A stretch of DNA of 64,000 nt from Planctomycetota bacterium (GTDB taxonomy: Bacteria; Planctomycetota; Planctomycetia; Pirellulales; Lacipirellulaceae). Positions 19,118 through 27,372 of this stretch are shown piece by piece (the first letter of the stretch is position 1; each line of letters begins with the position of its first letter). The notes under the pieces are model-generated. The model saw only the letters and a program-made list of their open reading frames with translations, was not told the origin of the DNA and made no database searches. Both the position numbers and the translations under genes were made by a program. The stretch covers positions 33,706-97,705 of the forward strand of contig JBCCXZ010000007.1 of NCBI GenBank assembly GCA_039190745.1. Direction: 5' to 3'.

Positions 19118-21433
19118 ATGAAAAATCATCAAGACCTCAACGCACTCGCCAACGCCTCGGAGGACTCGGGGGCCGAGCTCGTCGCGACACTGACGAGGTT
19201 CCTGAAGCTCTTGCGCTTCCGCAAGAAAATCGTCTTTGCATGGCTCGCAGGAACTATGGTCCTCGGAGCCATCTACTACGGCGCAGCCCAGCGGCAGTAC
19301 GCCTCTACCGCAAAGCTGCTCATCGTCCAGCAACGAAAAGACCAGGTAGAAACCGTCGGAGACCACGAGAGCTCCGACAACACGATGGCCACCCAGAGGC
19401 TGCTCGTAACCAGCCCGAAGGTCGTCGAGCGAGCCATCAAGACCATCGACCCCAGATACCTGATCGACATCCGAGACAAACCGCCCCACAAGTGGACTCG
19501 AGAAGTGAGCGAACGCCTCAGCGCCTCGACTACTCGGAACACCAACTTCGTGACCGTCAGCTACCGTTCTGTCCACCCTGAAGCCGCCGCCGCCATGGTG
19601 AGCGCGGTCACCGACTCCTACCTGGGATTCGTCCAGTACACCCACAAAGGCACGGCCGCCGAACTCGTCGAAGAGCTTGAAGCGGCCCTCGAAGAGCGCA
19701 ACCAAGAACTCAACGCCAAGCATCAAGAACTCGACGCGATCCGTCGGGAGATGCTCCACCTGAACGTCGACTCTACCGACGGCGTCGTCGAGCCAATCAT
19801 CCAACGTGCCATCCGCGCCAACGAAGTCTACACCCAAGCCCAGGAACGGCGGCAGAGGCTCCAGGCAACCCTCACTGCGGTCGAGCAAGCCATAGCCCGC
19901 GGTGACGACGTCCACCAGTACCTGGCCGGCGTTGAAGAAGAAGTCGGGAAGCAGCTGATGCTCGCCGCAATGGGCCTGAGCTCGCAAGACTCCAGGACTC
20001 TCGCCGAGCAAGAAGAGAAGCTCTTCTCGACCCGCAACGAAATCCGCCGACTCTCGCAGTACCTGGGCCCCAACCACCCAAAGCTCCGCGGCCTGCAGAC
20101 CAAAGCCTCCCAGTTGCAGACCTACATCGCCGACTACCAGAAGAACGCCGGGCAGCGATTCAAATCCTCACTCGACAAGGAAGGAGCCGTCGCTGTCAAA
20201 GAGCTCCTAGCCCGACGTCTACGCCAGGCCGTCGAGGCCGAGAACCAGTTCGCCAAGAATTTCCAAGCCGCCCGGTCCGAGGCGGCCACCCGCAGCGCCG
20301 ACATCGACCGCCTCCAACGCATCGAGCGCGAGTTGGAACGGCTCGAAGCCCGACGCGATGCCATCGAAGAACGGATCGCCAACATTGACATCCGCCAGGA
20401 GCAGGCCCCGCTCCGCGTGACTGTGGTGCAAGACCCCGTGCCGGAGCGCGAGCCCATCTCGCCGAAACTGCAGATGGTAGTGCTGGGCAGCATCTTCGGT
20501 GGATTGATGCTCGGCTGCGGCGCCGTCTACGTCCAAGACGTCCTCGACGACAGATTCGGTTCGCCGGAAGAGATGACCGCCCAGCTGGACGTGCCGATCC
20601 TCTCGGTTGTTCGGCAACTCGACCCCCTCTCGGGCTCCGGCCTGCAAACCGTCTATACGAACGCGCTGCCCTCGTCGGTGGAATCCGAAGCGTTCCGCAC
20701 ACTCCGCACTTCGCTAAGCCTCACTGCTGAAACCTCCAACCGTGTGCTGGTCACCAGCTCCGAACCGGGCGACGGCAAGACCACCGTCACTGCCAATACT
20801 TCGGTCGCCTTCGCAAAAGCCGGCAAGCGCACCATCGTTCTGGATTGCGACCTCCGCAAGCCTGGACTCACAACGCTGCTGGAGCTCAAGGGGCAGCCTG
20901 GGGTCGGAGACATTCTGGCCGGCGACTTCCCACCCTCAGAGACGGCGCCCGGGCTCATCGTTCGTACCGAGGTCGAAGGCTTAGACATTATCCCCGCGGG
21001 ACCGCGGCGAGCCGACCCCGCCGAACTGCTCAGCGGCAAACAACTCACAGAGCTACTCGCGTGGGCCGAGGCAAACTACGACCAGGTTATTGTCGACTGC
21101 CCACCGGTGCTCGCAGTGAGTGACGCCCAGATTGTCGGTCAGCTAGTGGACGGCGCCATCCTCGTAGTCCGCCCCGAGAAGAATCATCGACGCATGGTCA
21201 TCCGGGCTATCGACAGCCTCTTTGGCACCGGCTGCCAAGTGCTCGGCGTGGTCGCCAACGGCGTCTCGCAACAGAGTGCGGGGTACGGGTACGGATATGG
21301 GTACGGGTACGGCGATGGGTACGGCGAACCGACCGAGACAAGTACGCTGCCGACCGCGTCGAAACCGCTCAGCACAGAGCCCGGGGCCGATCCCTATTTC
21401 TCCGAGACTCAGCAGCCTCGGCGTGCTGCCTAG
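19118..21433 (+). CDS. wzc: Polysaccharide co-polymerase / BY tyrosine kinase
   Basis: Two TMs flanking a coiled coil; EAFRTLRT, Walker A EPGDGKT, DCDLRKP, VDCPP; C-terminal GYGYGYGYGYG tyrosine cluster. Confidence 0.92.
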   Translation: MKNHQDLNALANASEDSGAELVATLTRFLKLLRFRKKIVFAWLAGTMVLGAIYYGAAQRQYASTAKLLIVQQRKDQVETVGDHESSDNTMATQRLLVTSPKVVERAIKTIDPRYLIDIRDKPPHKWTREVSERLSASTTRNTNFVTVSYRSVHPEAAAAMVSAVTDSYLGFVQYTHKGTAAELVEELEAALEERNQELNAKHQELDAIRREMLHLNVDSTDGVVEPIIQRAIRANEVYTQAQERRQRLQATLTAVEQAIARGDDVHQYLAGVEEEVGKQLMLAAMGLSSQDSRTLAEQEEKLFSTRNEIRRLSQYLGPNHPKLRGLQTKASQLQTYIADYQKNAGQRFKSSLDKEGAVAVKELLARRLRQAVEAENQFAKNFQAARSEAATRSADIDRLQRIERELERLEARRDAIEERIANIDIRQEQAPLRVTVVQDPVPEREPISPKLQMVVLGSIFGGLMLGCGAVYVQDVLDDRFGSPEEMTAQLDVPILSVVRQLDPLSGSGLQTVYTNALPSSVESEAFRTLRTSLSLTAETSNRVLVTSSEPGDGKTTVTANTSVAFAKAGKRTIVLDCDLRKPGLTTLLELKGQPGVGDILAGDFPPSETAPGLIVRTEVEGLDIIPAGPRRADPAELLSGKQLTELLAWAEANYDQVIVDCPPVLAVSDAQIVGQLVDGAILVVRPEKNHRRMVIRAIDSLFGTGCQVLGVVANGVSQQSAGYGYGYGYGYGDGYGEPTETSTLPTASKPLSTEPGADPYFSETQQPRRAA

Positions 21434-21447
21434 GGGGAGCGTTCGCT

Positions 21448-24126
21448 ATGCCCGCGACACTCGCTGTCTGGCAGACAGAAACACCAAGGATCGACGAGCC
21501 GCCGCTGGTGCGCTACGCACAGGGCGTCGTGGACGCGTCACTTGCCGGCGTCATCTTCGCCGTGCCGCTTGCGCTCGGAGGACGCCACGACCTGGGTCGC
21601 TTCCTATTCATTATCCTCGCAGCCGTCGCGTCGGTCGCATGGTGCGTTCGTCAGTCTGCTTGCAAGAAAGATTCTTTGCGCGCTAGCTGGGGCTACGCGG
21701 TACCCGTACTCGCCGCCTTGCTGCTCGTAGCACAACTCTGTCCTCTACCGCCTGAAGCCACGCGCGCCCTGCCACAGACCGCCGATCGTCTGCTGCCGCT
21801 CTGGCAACCCGGTGCAGCGATACGGCTAGGCTCCTGGAAGACGCTCTCCCTCGCTCCAGCAGAAACCCGGCTCGCCCTCGCAAACCTGGTGGCATACGCA
21901 CTGCTGTTTTTCACCGTTCACCAGAGGGCCAGGTGCGTCGACGATGCAAAACGGTTGATGCAGTGGGTGGGCTGCAGCGCAATCGTTTCCGCCGCATTCG
22001 GATTAGTGCATACCCTCTGTTCAAACGGGAAACATTTCTGGTTCTACGAAGTGCCGCACGCTAGGCCGGAGTACCATTTCAGCGGGGCGTTTACGAACCC
22101 AAATCACTTCGCCAATCTTCTAGTTCTCGGGGTCGGTCCGCTCGCGGCCTGGGTAGTCCTAAGAGACCGAGCGGATCGGCGAAGCGGCGAACGCGAACGG
22201 CGAGGAAACAGTAGCAATACGCGAGGCCTTTCAGCCGCGGCCATCCTGGGTTATGGGGCGCTAGGCTTGGTAGTCTTGACAATCACATTGACGGCTTCCC
22301 GTGGCGGAGTAATTGCGTTGGGAACCGCAACAGCGGCGCTGCTGGCGGGCCTACACTACCGCTCGCTCATGTCCGTTCGCCACGTGGCCGGCATCGGAAC
22401 GATCATCTTAGCCTTGCTGGCCACGGCGTCCCTCTATGGATTCGATCGGCTTGAAAAACGTCTCCAAACCCTCGTAGCCGGCAACATCGAAGAGGTCGAT
22501 TTCCGGAGCGGTCGCCGTACGGTCTGGCAAGCAAACCTTACCGCGTTTACAGAACGACCCGTCACCGGGACCGGAGCAGGATCCCACCGCGATGCACACG
22601 CCGCATTTGTGCCGAAACACAACGGTGTGGTCTACACACACGCAGAAAATGGCTACCTGCAGATCCTGTCCGAGACCGGTTTGGCAGGCGCGATCCTGCT
22701 GATGATCGGGGTCGGTTTCGTCGTGTATTGGTGCATGGCTGCGATCAGCCGCTCTAAAGAAGACGAATCAGCGGCCTACGCGGTCGCCGCTACAGCCGGA
22801 TTGGCCGCGAGCCTCACGCACTCGCTAGTAGACTTCGTGTGGTACATACCCGGCTGCATGGGGCCAACCCTGATACTAGCCGCCTGCCAGCTGAGGCTTG
22901 CGCAGATCGCCAGCCAAAACCGCCGCGCCCAAGGCGTCATTCTCTCAGGCTACGCCGGCTGGGCCCTAACCGCGTGCATCGTATTCATTGCCACTTGGTC
23001 GGTCGCTGCCTACTCCTCGGCCGCTATTGCCTCCGTTCACTGGGACCGCTACTCGCGATTGGCTATTGCGGATCAAGAAATCGCACGCAGCGAGTTACTC
23101 CGATCCAGCCCTCGACCGGAGACCCACGCCCTCCGCGTCGCCAACGCCGAAGCGATGATCCGCTGCCTCCGCGCTTTCCTGAGCTACCGGCACGATTCTG
23201 CGCGAGTGCATAGCGTGCTGGCCACACGCTACACGCAGTTGTTCGACCTCCGCCAAACAGACTCCGAGAATGCACTGTCCGTTGCCCAACTCAGAGACAC
23301 CGTCGATGCCTGCGGCTTCACCGATCTCCGGCAACTCCAGGAATGGCTCCAGAGGGCCATCGGAGAGAATCTGGAGTTGCTCGTCGCGGCCCGCAAACAT
23401 GCGTTGCTCTCGATCCACTACTGCCCTATGAACTCCGGTCCTTACCTGAAATTGGCCGACACCGGCTTCCTGGCGGGACAATCATCCGAGGTTAACGACG
23501 CCCTGCTTGAGCAAGCGCTCCGTGTGCGTCCGAAAAGCCCACGGGTTCTTTACACCGTCGGGGCCTACAAATTCAACCACGGGCAACCAGACCGCGGCGA
23601 AGAGCTCTGGAAACGCAGTTACGACACACCAGGCTCCCATCGGCTGCGGATCATCCGCACGCTCGCCTACCAAACTTCCGCCTCCTACTTCTTGGACACG
23701 TTCCGCCCAAGGTGGGATAGCCTGGAACACGTCTGGAAGTTCTTCCGAGAATCACAATCCGAAGCCGAACTCGTGCGGATCGTCGACTACGCCGCCCGGG
23801 CCGCCAGAAACGAACCCCCGCTAGAGCGGCTAGGCCTTGAAGGCCGCAAGTGGGTCAAGCTTAGCGAAATGCAAGCCGCAGTCGGCCGTCCTGAACTCGC
23901 TACTCGCGCGCTCGAGGAGGGCTACCGCAGAGCGCCCACCGTTTGGACACTCCGCCGTTCCCTTGGGATACACCTCGCCCAAGCCGAACGGCTCCGAGAA
24001 GCCGAGCCCCACCTCCGCTGGTGTCTGGGCCGCCAACCTCAAGACGAAGCGGTCCAGCAAGCGCTTGTTGAGGCCGCCAAAGAGCGGCTCGCCGCCATGC
24101 GGAACGACGACTCTGCTTGGAAGTAA
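21448..24126 (+). CDS. O-antigen-ligase-family (Wzy_C) membrane protein with C-terminal TPR-like helical region
   Basis: FTNPNHFA, TASRGG, R..VW, GTGAG, HAENGYLQ..ETG motifs; about 350-aa helical C-terminus. Confidence 0.85.
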   Translation: MPATLAVWQTETPRIDEPPLVRYAQGVVDASLAGVIFAVPLALGGRHDLGRFLFIILAAVASVAWCVRQSACKKDSLRASWGYAVPVLAALLLVAQLCPLPPEATRALPQTADRLLPLWQPGAAIRLGSWKTLSLAPAETRLALANLVAYALLFFTVHQRARCVDDAKRLMQWVGCSAIVSAAFGLVHTLCSNGKHFWFYEVPHARPEYHFSGAFTNPNHFANLLVLGVGPLAAWVVLRDRADRRSGERERRGNSSNTRGLSAAAILGYGALGLVVLTITLTASRGGVIALGTATAALLAGLHYRSLMSVRHVAGIGTIILALLATASLYGFDRLEKRLQTLVAGNIEEVDFRSGRRTVWQANLTAFTERPVTGTGAGSHRDAHAAFVPKHNGVVYTHAENGYLQILSETGLAGAILLMIGVGFVVYWCMAAISRSKEDESAAYAVAATAGLAASLTHSLVDFVWYIPGCMGPTLILAACQLRLAQIASQNRRAQGVILSGYAGWALTACIVFIATWSVAAYSSAAIASVHWDRYSRLAIADQEIARSELLRSSPRPETHALRVANAEAMIRCLRAFLSYRHDSARVHSVLATRYTQLFDLRQTDSENALSVAQLRDTVDACGFTDLRQLQEWLQRAIGENLELLVAARKHALLSIHYCPMNSGPYLKLADTGFLAGQSSEVNDALLEQALRVRPKSPRVLYTVGAYKFNHGQPDRGEELWKRSYDTPGSHRLRIIRTLAYQTSASYFLDTFRPRWDSLEHVWKFFRESQSEAELVRIVDYAARAARNEPPLERLGLEGRKWVKLSEMQAAVGRPELATRALEEGYRRAPTVWTLRRSLGIHLAQAERLREAEPHLRWCLGRQPQDEAVQQALVEAAKERLAAMRNDDSAWK

Positions 24127-24167
24127 GAATCTAACCACGCTTCAGCCCTCTATAAGACGAATTCTAT

Positions 24168-26042
24168 ATGAACAAGCTGACGCTAAACGGTCGCTCTCGT
24201 CTTCTCCGCGCGTTCACGGTAGGCGTCACGGTCGCTTTCACCAGCGTCTGTTCCTACCTGACAGCGTTCCTGCTCCGCTTCGCGGGCAGCGTTAGCGCCG
24301 ACCAATGGGACGTCTTCACCTCCACCGTCGGCGTCGTCGTCGGGGCCCGGCTGGCGACGATGGCCTGGTTCCGGCTCCACCGGCACTGGAACCGCTTCTT
24401 CTCGTTCCACGATCTCACCATCCTCGTGCAAGCCGTCACTGCCGGAACCGTCGCCGTGCTGATCATCGACGCCCTTGCGCTGCCCGGCTTCAGCATCCCC
24501 CGGAGCATCATCCTTGTGGACTGGGGCACCTCCCTCGTCCTGCTCGGCGCCGTCAGCGGCATGCCCCGCCTGCTGCACGACCTCCGCTGGAACCCCTTCG
24601 AGGCGCCCACCGGCAAGCCGGTCCTCATCGTCGGTGCCAACGACGCCGGGGCCGGCCTGCTCCACGCCATCCGGCGCTCCCCTCGACTCGACTACCGGCC
24701 CATCGGGTTCGTCGACGACCGCCCAAAAATGCACGCACGCCGCGTCGACGGCGTCGAGGTCCTCGGCACACTAGCCGACATCCCCACGCTCACCCGCAGG
24801 CACGGCGTCGAAGAGGTCCTCATCACGTCCGGCGAGCTCCCCGGCCGCAGCGTCCGCGAGCTGCTGCAGCTGACCGAAGAACACGCCTTCCGCGTCCGCG
24901 TGCTGCCTAGCTACGAGCAGCTCCTCCGCGGCAACGTCGCTGTCAAACCGCGTGACGTCGCGATCGGCGACCTGCTCCGCCGGCCCTCGGTCCAACTCAA
25001 CACCGCGGAGGTCCGCAAGTGGGTCCGCGGACGCATCGTGCTGGTGACCGGCAGCGCGGGCAGCATCGGCTCGGAGGTCGCCCGGCAGATCCTCGACCTC
25101 GACCCCGCCAAGGTCGTGCTCCTAGACCGCTCCGAGACAGGCCAGTTCTTCCTCGAACGCGCCATCCGCCGCGAGCTGCCCGACGCCCGCATCGAGGTGG
25201 TGCTCGCAGACCTCACCGACCGCCAGCGGCTCCACTCGGTCTACCAGCAGCACCGCCCGGACATCACGTTTCACGCCGCCGCCTACAAGCATGTGCCGCT
25301 GATGGAGGCCCACCCCGGCGAGGCGGTCAAGAACATCGTGCTCGCCACCCGCAACATCGTCGACATCGTCGAAGAGTACGGCGGCGAGAGCTTCGTGATG
25401 ATCTCCACCGACAAGGCCGTGAACCCCACCAGCGTGATGGGCGCCTGCAAACGGGTCGCCGAGAAGTACGTCCAGGCCAAGGCCGCCACCAGCGACACCC
25501 GGCTCGTCACGGTGCGCTTCGGCAACGTCCTCGACTCGGCGGGCAGCGTTGTGCCGATCTTCCGCCAGCAGATCGCCGCCGGCGGCCCCGTCACCGTCAC
25601 CCACCCCGACATGGTCCGCTACTTCATGCTCATCCCCGAGGCGGCCCAGCTTGTGGTGCAGGCCGGCGCAATGGGGCAGGGCGGCGAGATCTACGTCCTC
25701 GACATGGGCCAGCCGGTGCAGGTGATGAATCTCGCCCGCGACATGATCCGCCTCTCCGGCCTCCGCGAGGGCGAAGACATCGAGATCCAAGTCACCGGCC
25801 TCCGCCCGGGCGAGAAACTCTTCGAAGAGCTCTACGGCGACGCCGAAGAGCACCGACCCACGCCGCACCCGAAAATCATGGTCGCCGCGAGCACGCCGCA
25901 GAGCATGCTGCAAACCATCGCCGACGTGAACGACCTAGTCGCCGCCGCCAACGGCTCCCACGACGCAATCCGCGCGACGCTGAAGCAGCTCGTGCCGCAC
26001 CACCAGCCGACCAGCCAGCTCGCCATCCGCCGCGCCGCTTAG
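24168..26042 (+). CDS. Membrane-bound nucleoside-diphosphate-sugar 4,6-dehydratase (CapD/PglF/WbpM type)
   Basis: 4 N-terminal TMs, GANDAG, TGSAGSIGSE, HAAAYKHVP, STDKAVNPTSVMGACKR, RFGNVL, GLRPGEKLFEEL. Confidence 0.92.
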   Translation: MNKLTLNGRSRLLRAFTVGVTVAFTSVCSYLTAFLLRFAGSVSADQWDVFTSTVGVVVGARLATMAWFRLHRHWNRFFSFHDLTILVQAVTAGTVAVLIIDALALPGFSIPRSIILVDWGTSLVLLGAVSGMPRLLHDLRWNPFEAPTGKPVLIVGANDAGAGLLHAIRRSPRLDYRPIGFVDDRPKMHARRVDGVEVLGTLADIPTLTRRHGVEEVLITSGELPGRSVRELLQLTEEHAFRVRVLPSYEQLLRGNVAVKPRDVAIGDLLRRPSVQLNTAEVRKWVRGRIVLVTGSAGSIGSEVARQILDLDPAKVVLLDRSETGQFFLERAIRRELPDARIEVVLADLTDRQRLHSVYQQHRPDITFHAAAYKHVPLMEAHPGEAVKNIVLATRNIVDIVEEYGGESFVMISTDKAVNPTSVMGACKRVAEKYVQAKAATSDTRLVTVRFGNVLDSAGSVVPIFRQQIAAGGPVTVTHPDMVRYFMLIPEAAQLVVQAGAMGQGGEIYVLDMGQPVQVMNLARDMIRLSGLREGEDIEIQVTGLRPGEKLFEELYGDAEEHRPTPHPKIMVAASTPQSMLQTIADVNDLVAAANGSHDAIRATLKQLVPHHQPTSQLAIRRAA

Positions 26043-26114
26043 TCGCCAGCGAGATGCGTTCTCAACCGCCAACCTATACGCGTCGGCGGTCTGCGGTCCG
26101 CTCGGCGCCAGTAT

Positions 26115-26408
26115 CTAGAGGCGATCGCGGGGATCGTCCCCCAGTCGCTGCACGCGCCCATTTGGCCTCTGCCCAAGGCTCTCGATCAGACCGTCCCACA
26201 AGACAACCGCAGCGGCAAGTGAAGGCAGCAAGAACACGCCGCCAAACGACAAGGCGAGTGTCGCCAACGCAAGATCGAGCAGCCCCCACACGCCGAGCGC
26301 TACTAACAGATAGAACCCGAAGGAAGCGACAACCATACACAGCAAGAGACTCGCCACCGAAAATCGGAGTCGAGCCCTCCCGGCGGCGTTGATGCGTTTC
26401 GTTTTCAC
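26115..26408 (-). CDS. Small hypothetical membrane protein
   Basis: Two hydrophobic segments after an 'RLRFSVASLL' leader; GTG start with GAGGG upstream. Confidence 0.45.
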   Translation of the reverse strand: MKTKRINAAGRARLRFSVASLLLCMVVASFGFYLLVALGVWGLLDLALATLALSFGGVFLLPSLAAAVVLWDGLIESLGQRPNGRVQRLGDDPRDRL

Positions 26409-26495
26409 ACCGATTTCCCTCGCACCCGAGTCGCAACTAGGACGCGAGACCAAAAGCACCAGTTCCCGTATTCCCCGGGGTTGGAGGAGTCGAAC

Positions 26496-26864
26496 CTAGT
26501 AGGACTCGACGAACGCCTCGTAAATCACGGCCCCAGCAGAACCCGCCGCGAACAAGCCAACCGCGTGCAGCAAGGCCAACCCAGCCCCTTTCCAGCCGCG
26601 AGATGCGACCAGGTAAACCGGAAGCGCGACGAACCATAGCAGGACAGAAAGCATGATCACGACGCCCGGTAAGGGACGCCCCGAGCGGCGGGCGTCAACA
26701 CTCATCCAACTCACCGCGATCACCGCCATGAAGACGCACAGAGCGAACCCGGTCCGGCTGAAGAAGGGCTGCATCCGCAACGACTCGAAGCCCCAGCAAG
26801 CCATCGAACCATAAAGCAGCAGGACAAGCGCCCAGCGCCGGCCTGAGGGTCCCTCGGTTGACAT
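26496..26864 (-). CDS. Small hypothetical 4-TM membrane protein
   Basis: Four hydrophobic segments; W..VDARR and P.YLVASRGWKG patterns; 6 nt from the neighbouring ORF. Confidence 0.65.
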   Translation of the reverse strand: MSTEGPSGRRWALVLLLYGSMACWGFESLRMQPFFSRTGFALCVFMAVIAVSWMSVDARRSGRPLPGVVIMLSVLLWFVALPVYLVASRGWKGAGLALLHAVGLFAAGSAGAVIYEAFVESY

Positions 26865-26870
26865 CGGCGA

Positions 26871-27188
26871 TTACCCCGGTTGCTCCATAAGATCGTGGCG
26901 AACCATCACCGCCAACGAACGCAGCACGGCGCCGATCGCAAACCAGTACAACCCGCCAACGACCATCACCCGAAAGACGTACTCCGGCGAGCCGCTCGGC
27001 GTCATCCAGTCGCCCAGCAGCGAGTGAACGGGGTAGTCCGCAATCCACAGCCCCACCGGCAGCAGCATCAGCGGGCTCTGGTCGTGCGTCAGCGGCGTGT
27101 TCATCACCGCCGCGAGCACAAACACCAAGAAGGTGTGCACACCGGCCAACCAGAACGCAAGCTTGTAGCGGCTAAAGAATATTAGCAT
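26871..27188 (-). CDS. Small hypothetical 3-TM membrane protein
   Basis: Three hydrophobic segments, DYP and GGLYW motifs. Confidence 0.6.
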   Translation of the reverse strand: MLIFFSRYKLAFWLAGVHTFLVFVLAAVMNTPLTHDQSPLMLLPVGLWIADYPVHSLLGDWMTPSGSPEYVFRVMVVGGLYWFAIGAVLRSLAVMVRHDLMEQPG

Positions 27189-27315
27189 CGGGAGATCTCT
27201 ATCCGCGGCTCAGGAGAGGACAAGCGCAGTTCGCACATTCATCATCGAACCGACTAGATTCTAACTGCAAGGCTCACAAGAAGGTAATCACCCTCCGTAC
27301 ATAGCACGGTTATTG

Positions 27316-27339
27316 CTTTGCGTCTTTGCGGCTTTGCGA
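27316..27339 (+). repeat. Short tandem 8-mer repeat CTTTGCGN x3
   Basis: ctttgcgt ctttgcgg ctttgcga in intergenic DNA. Confidence 0.7.
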
Positions 27340-27372
27340 GAGACTCTTTCTCTCTCTATTCCAGCTCTAACG

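Noticed and set aside
21281..21325. GGGTAC hexamer tandem repeat as a contingency locus
   Set aside because: Explained by the Gly-Tyr phosphorylation cluster of Wzc
26043..27372. Integron cassette array
   Set aside because: No repeated attC-like sites between the small ORFs (two are only 6 nt apart) and no integrase
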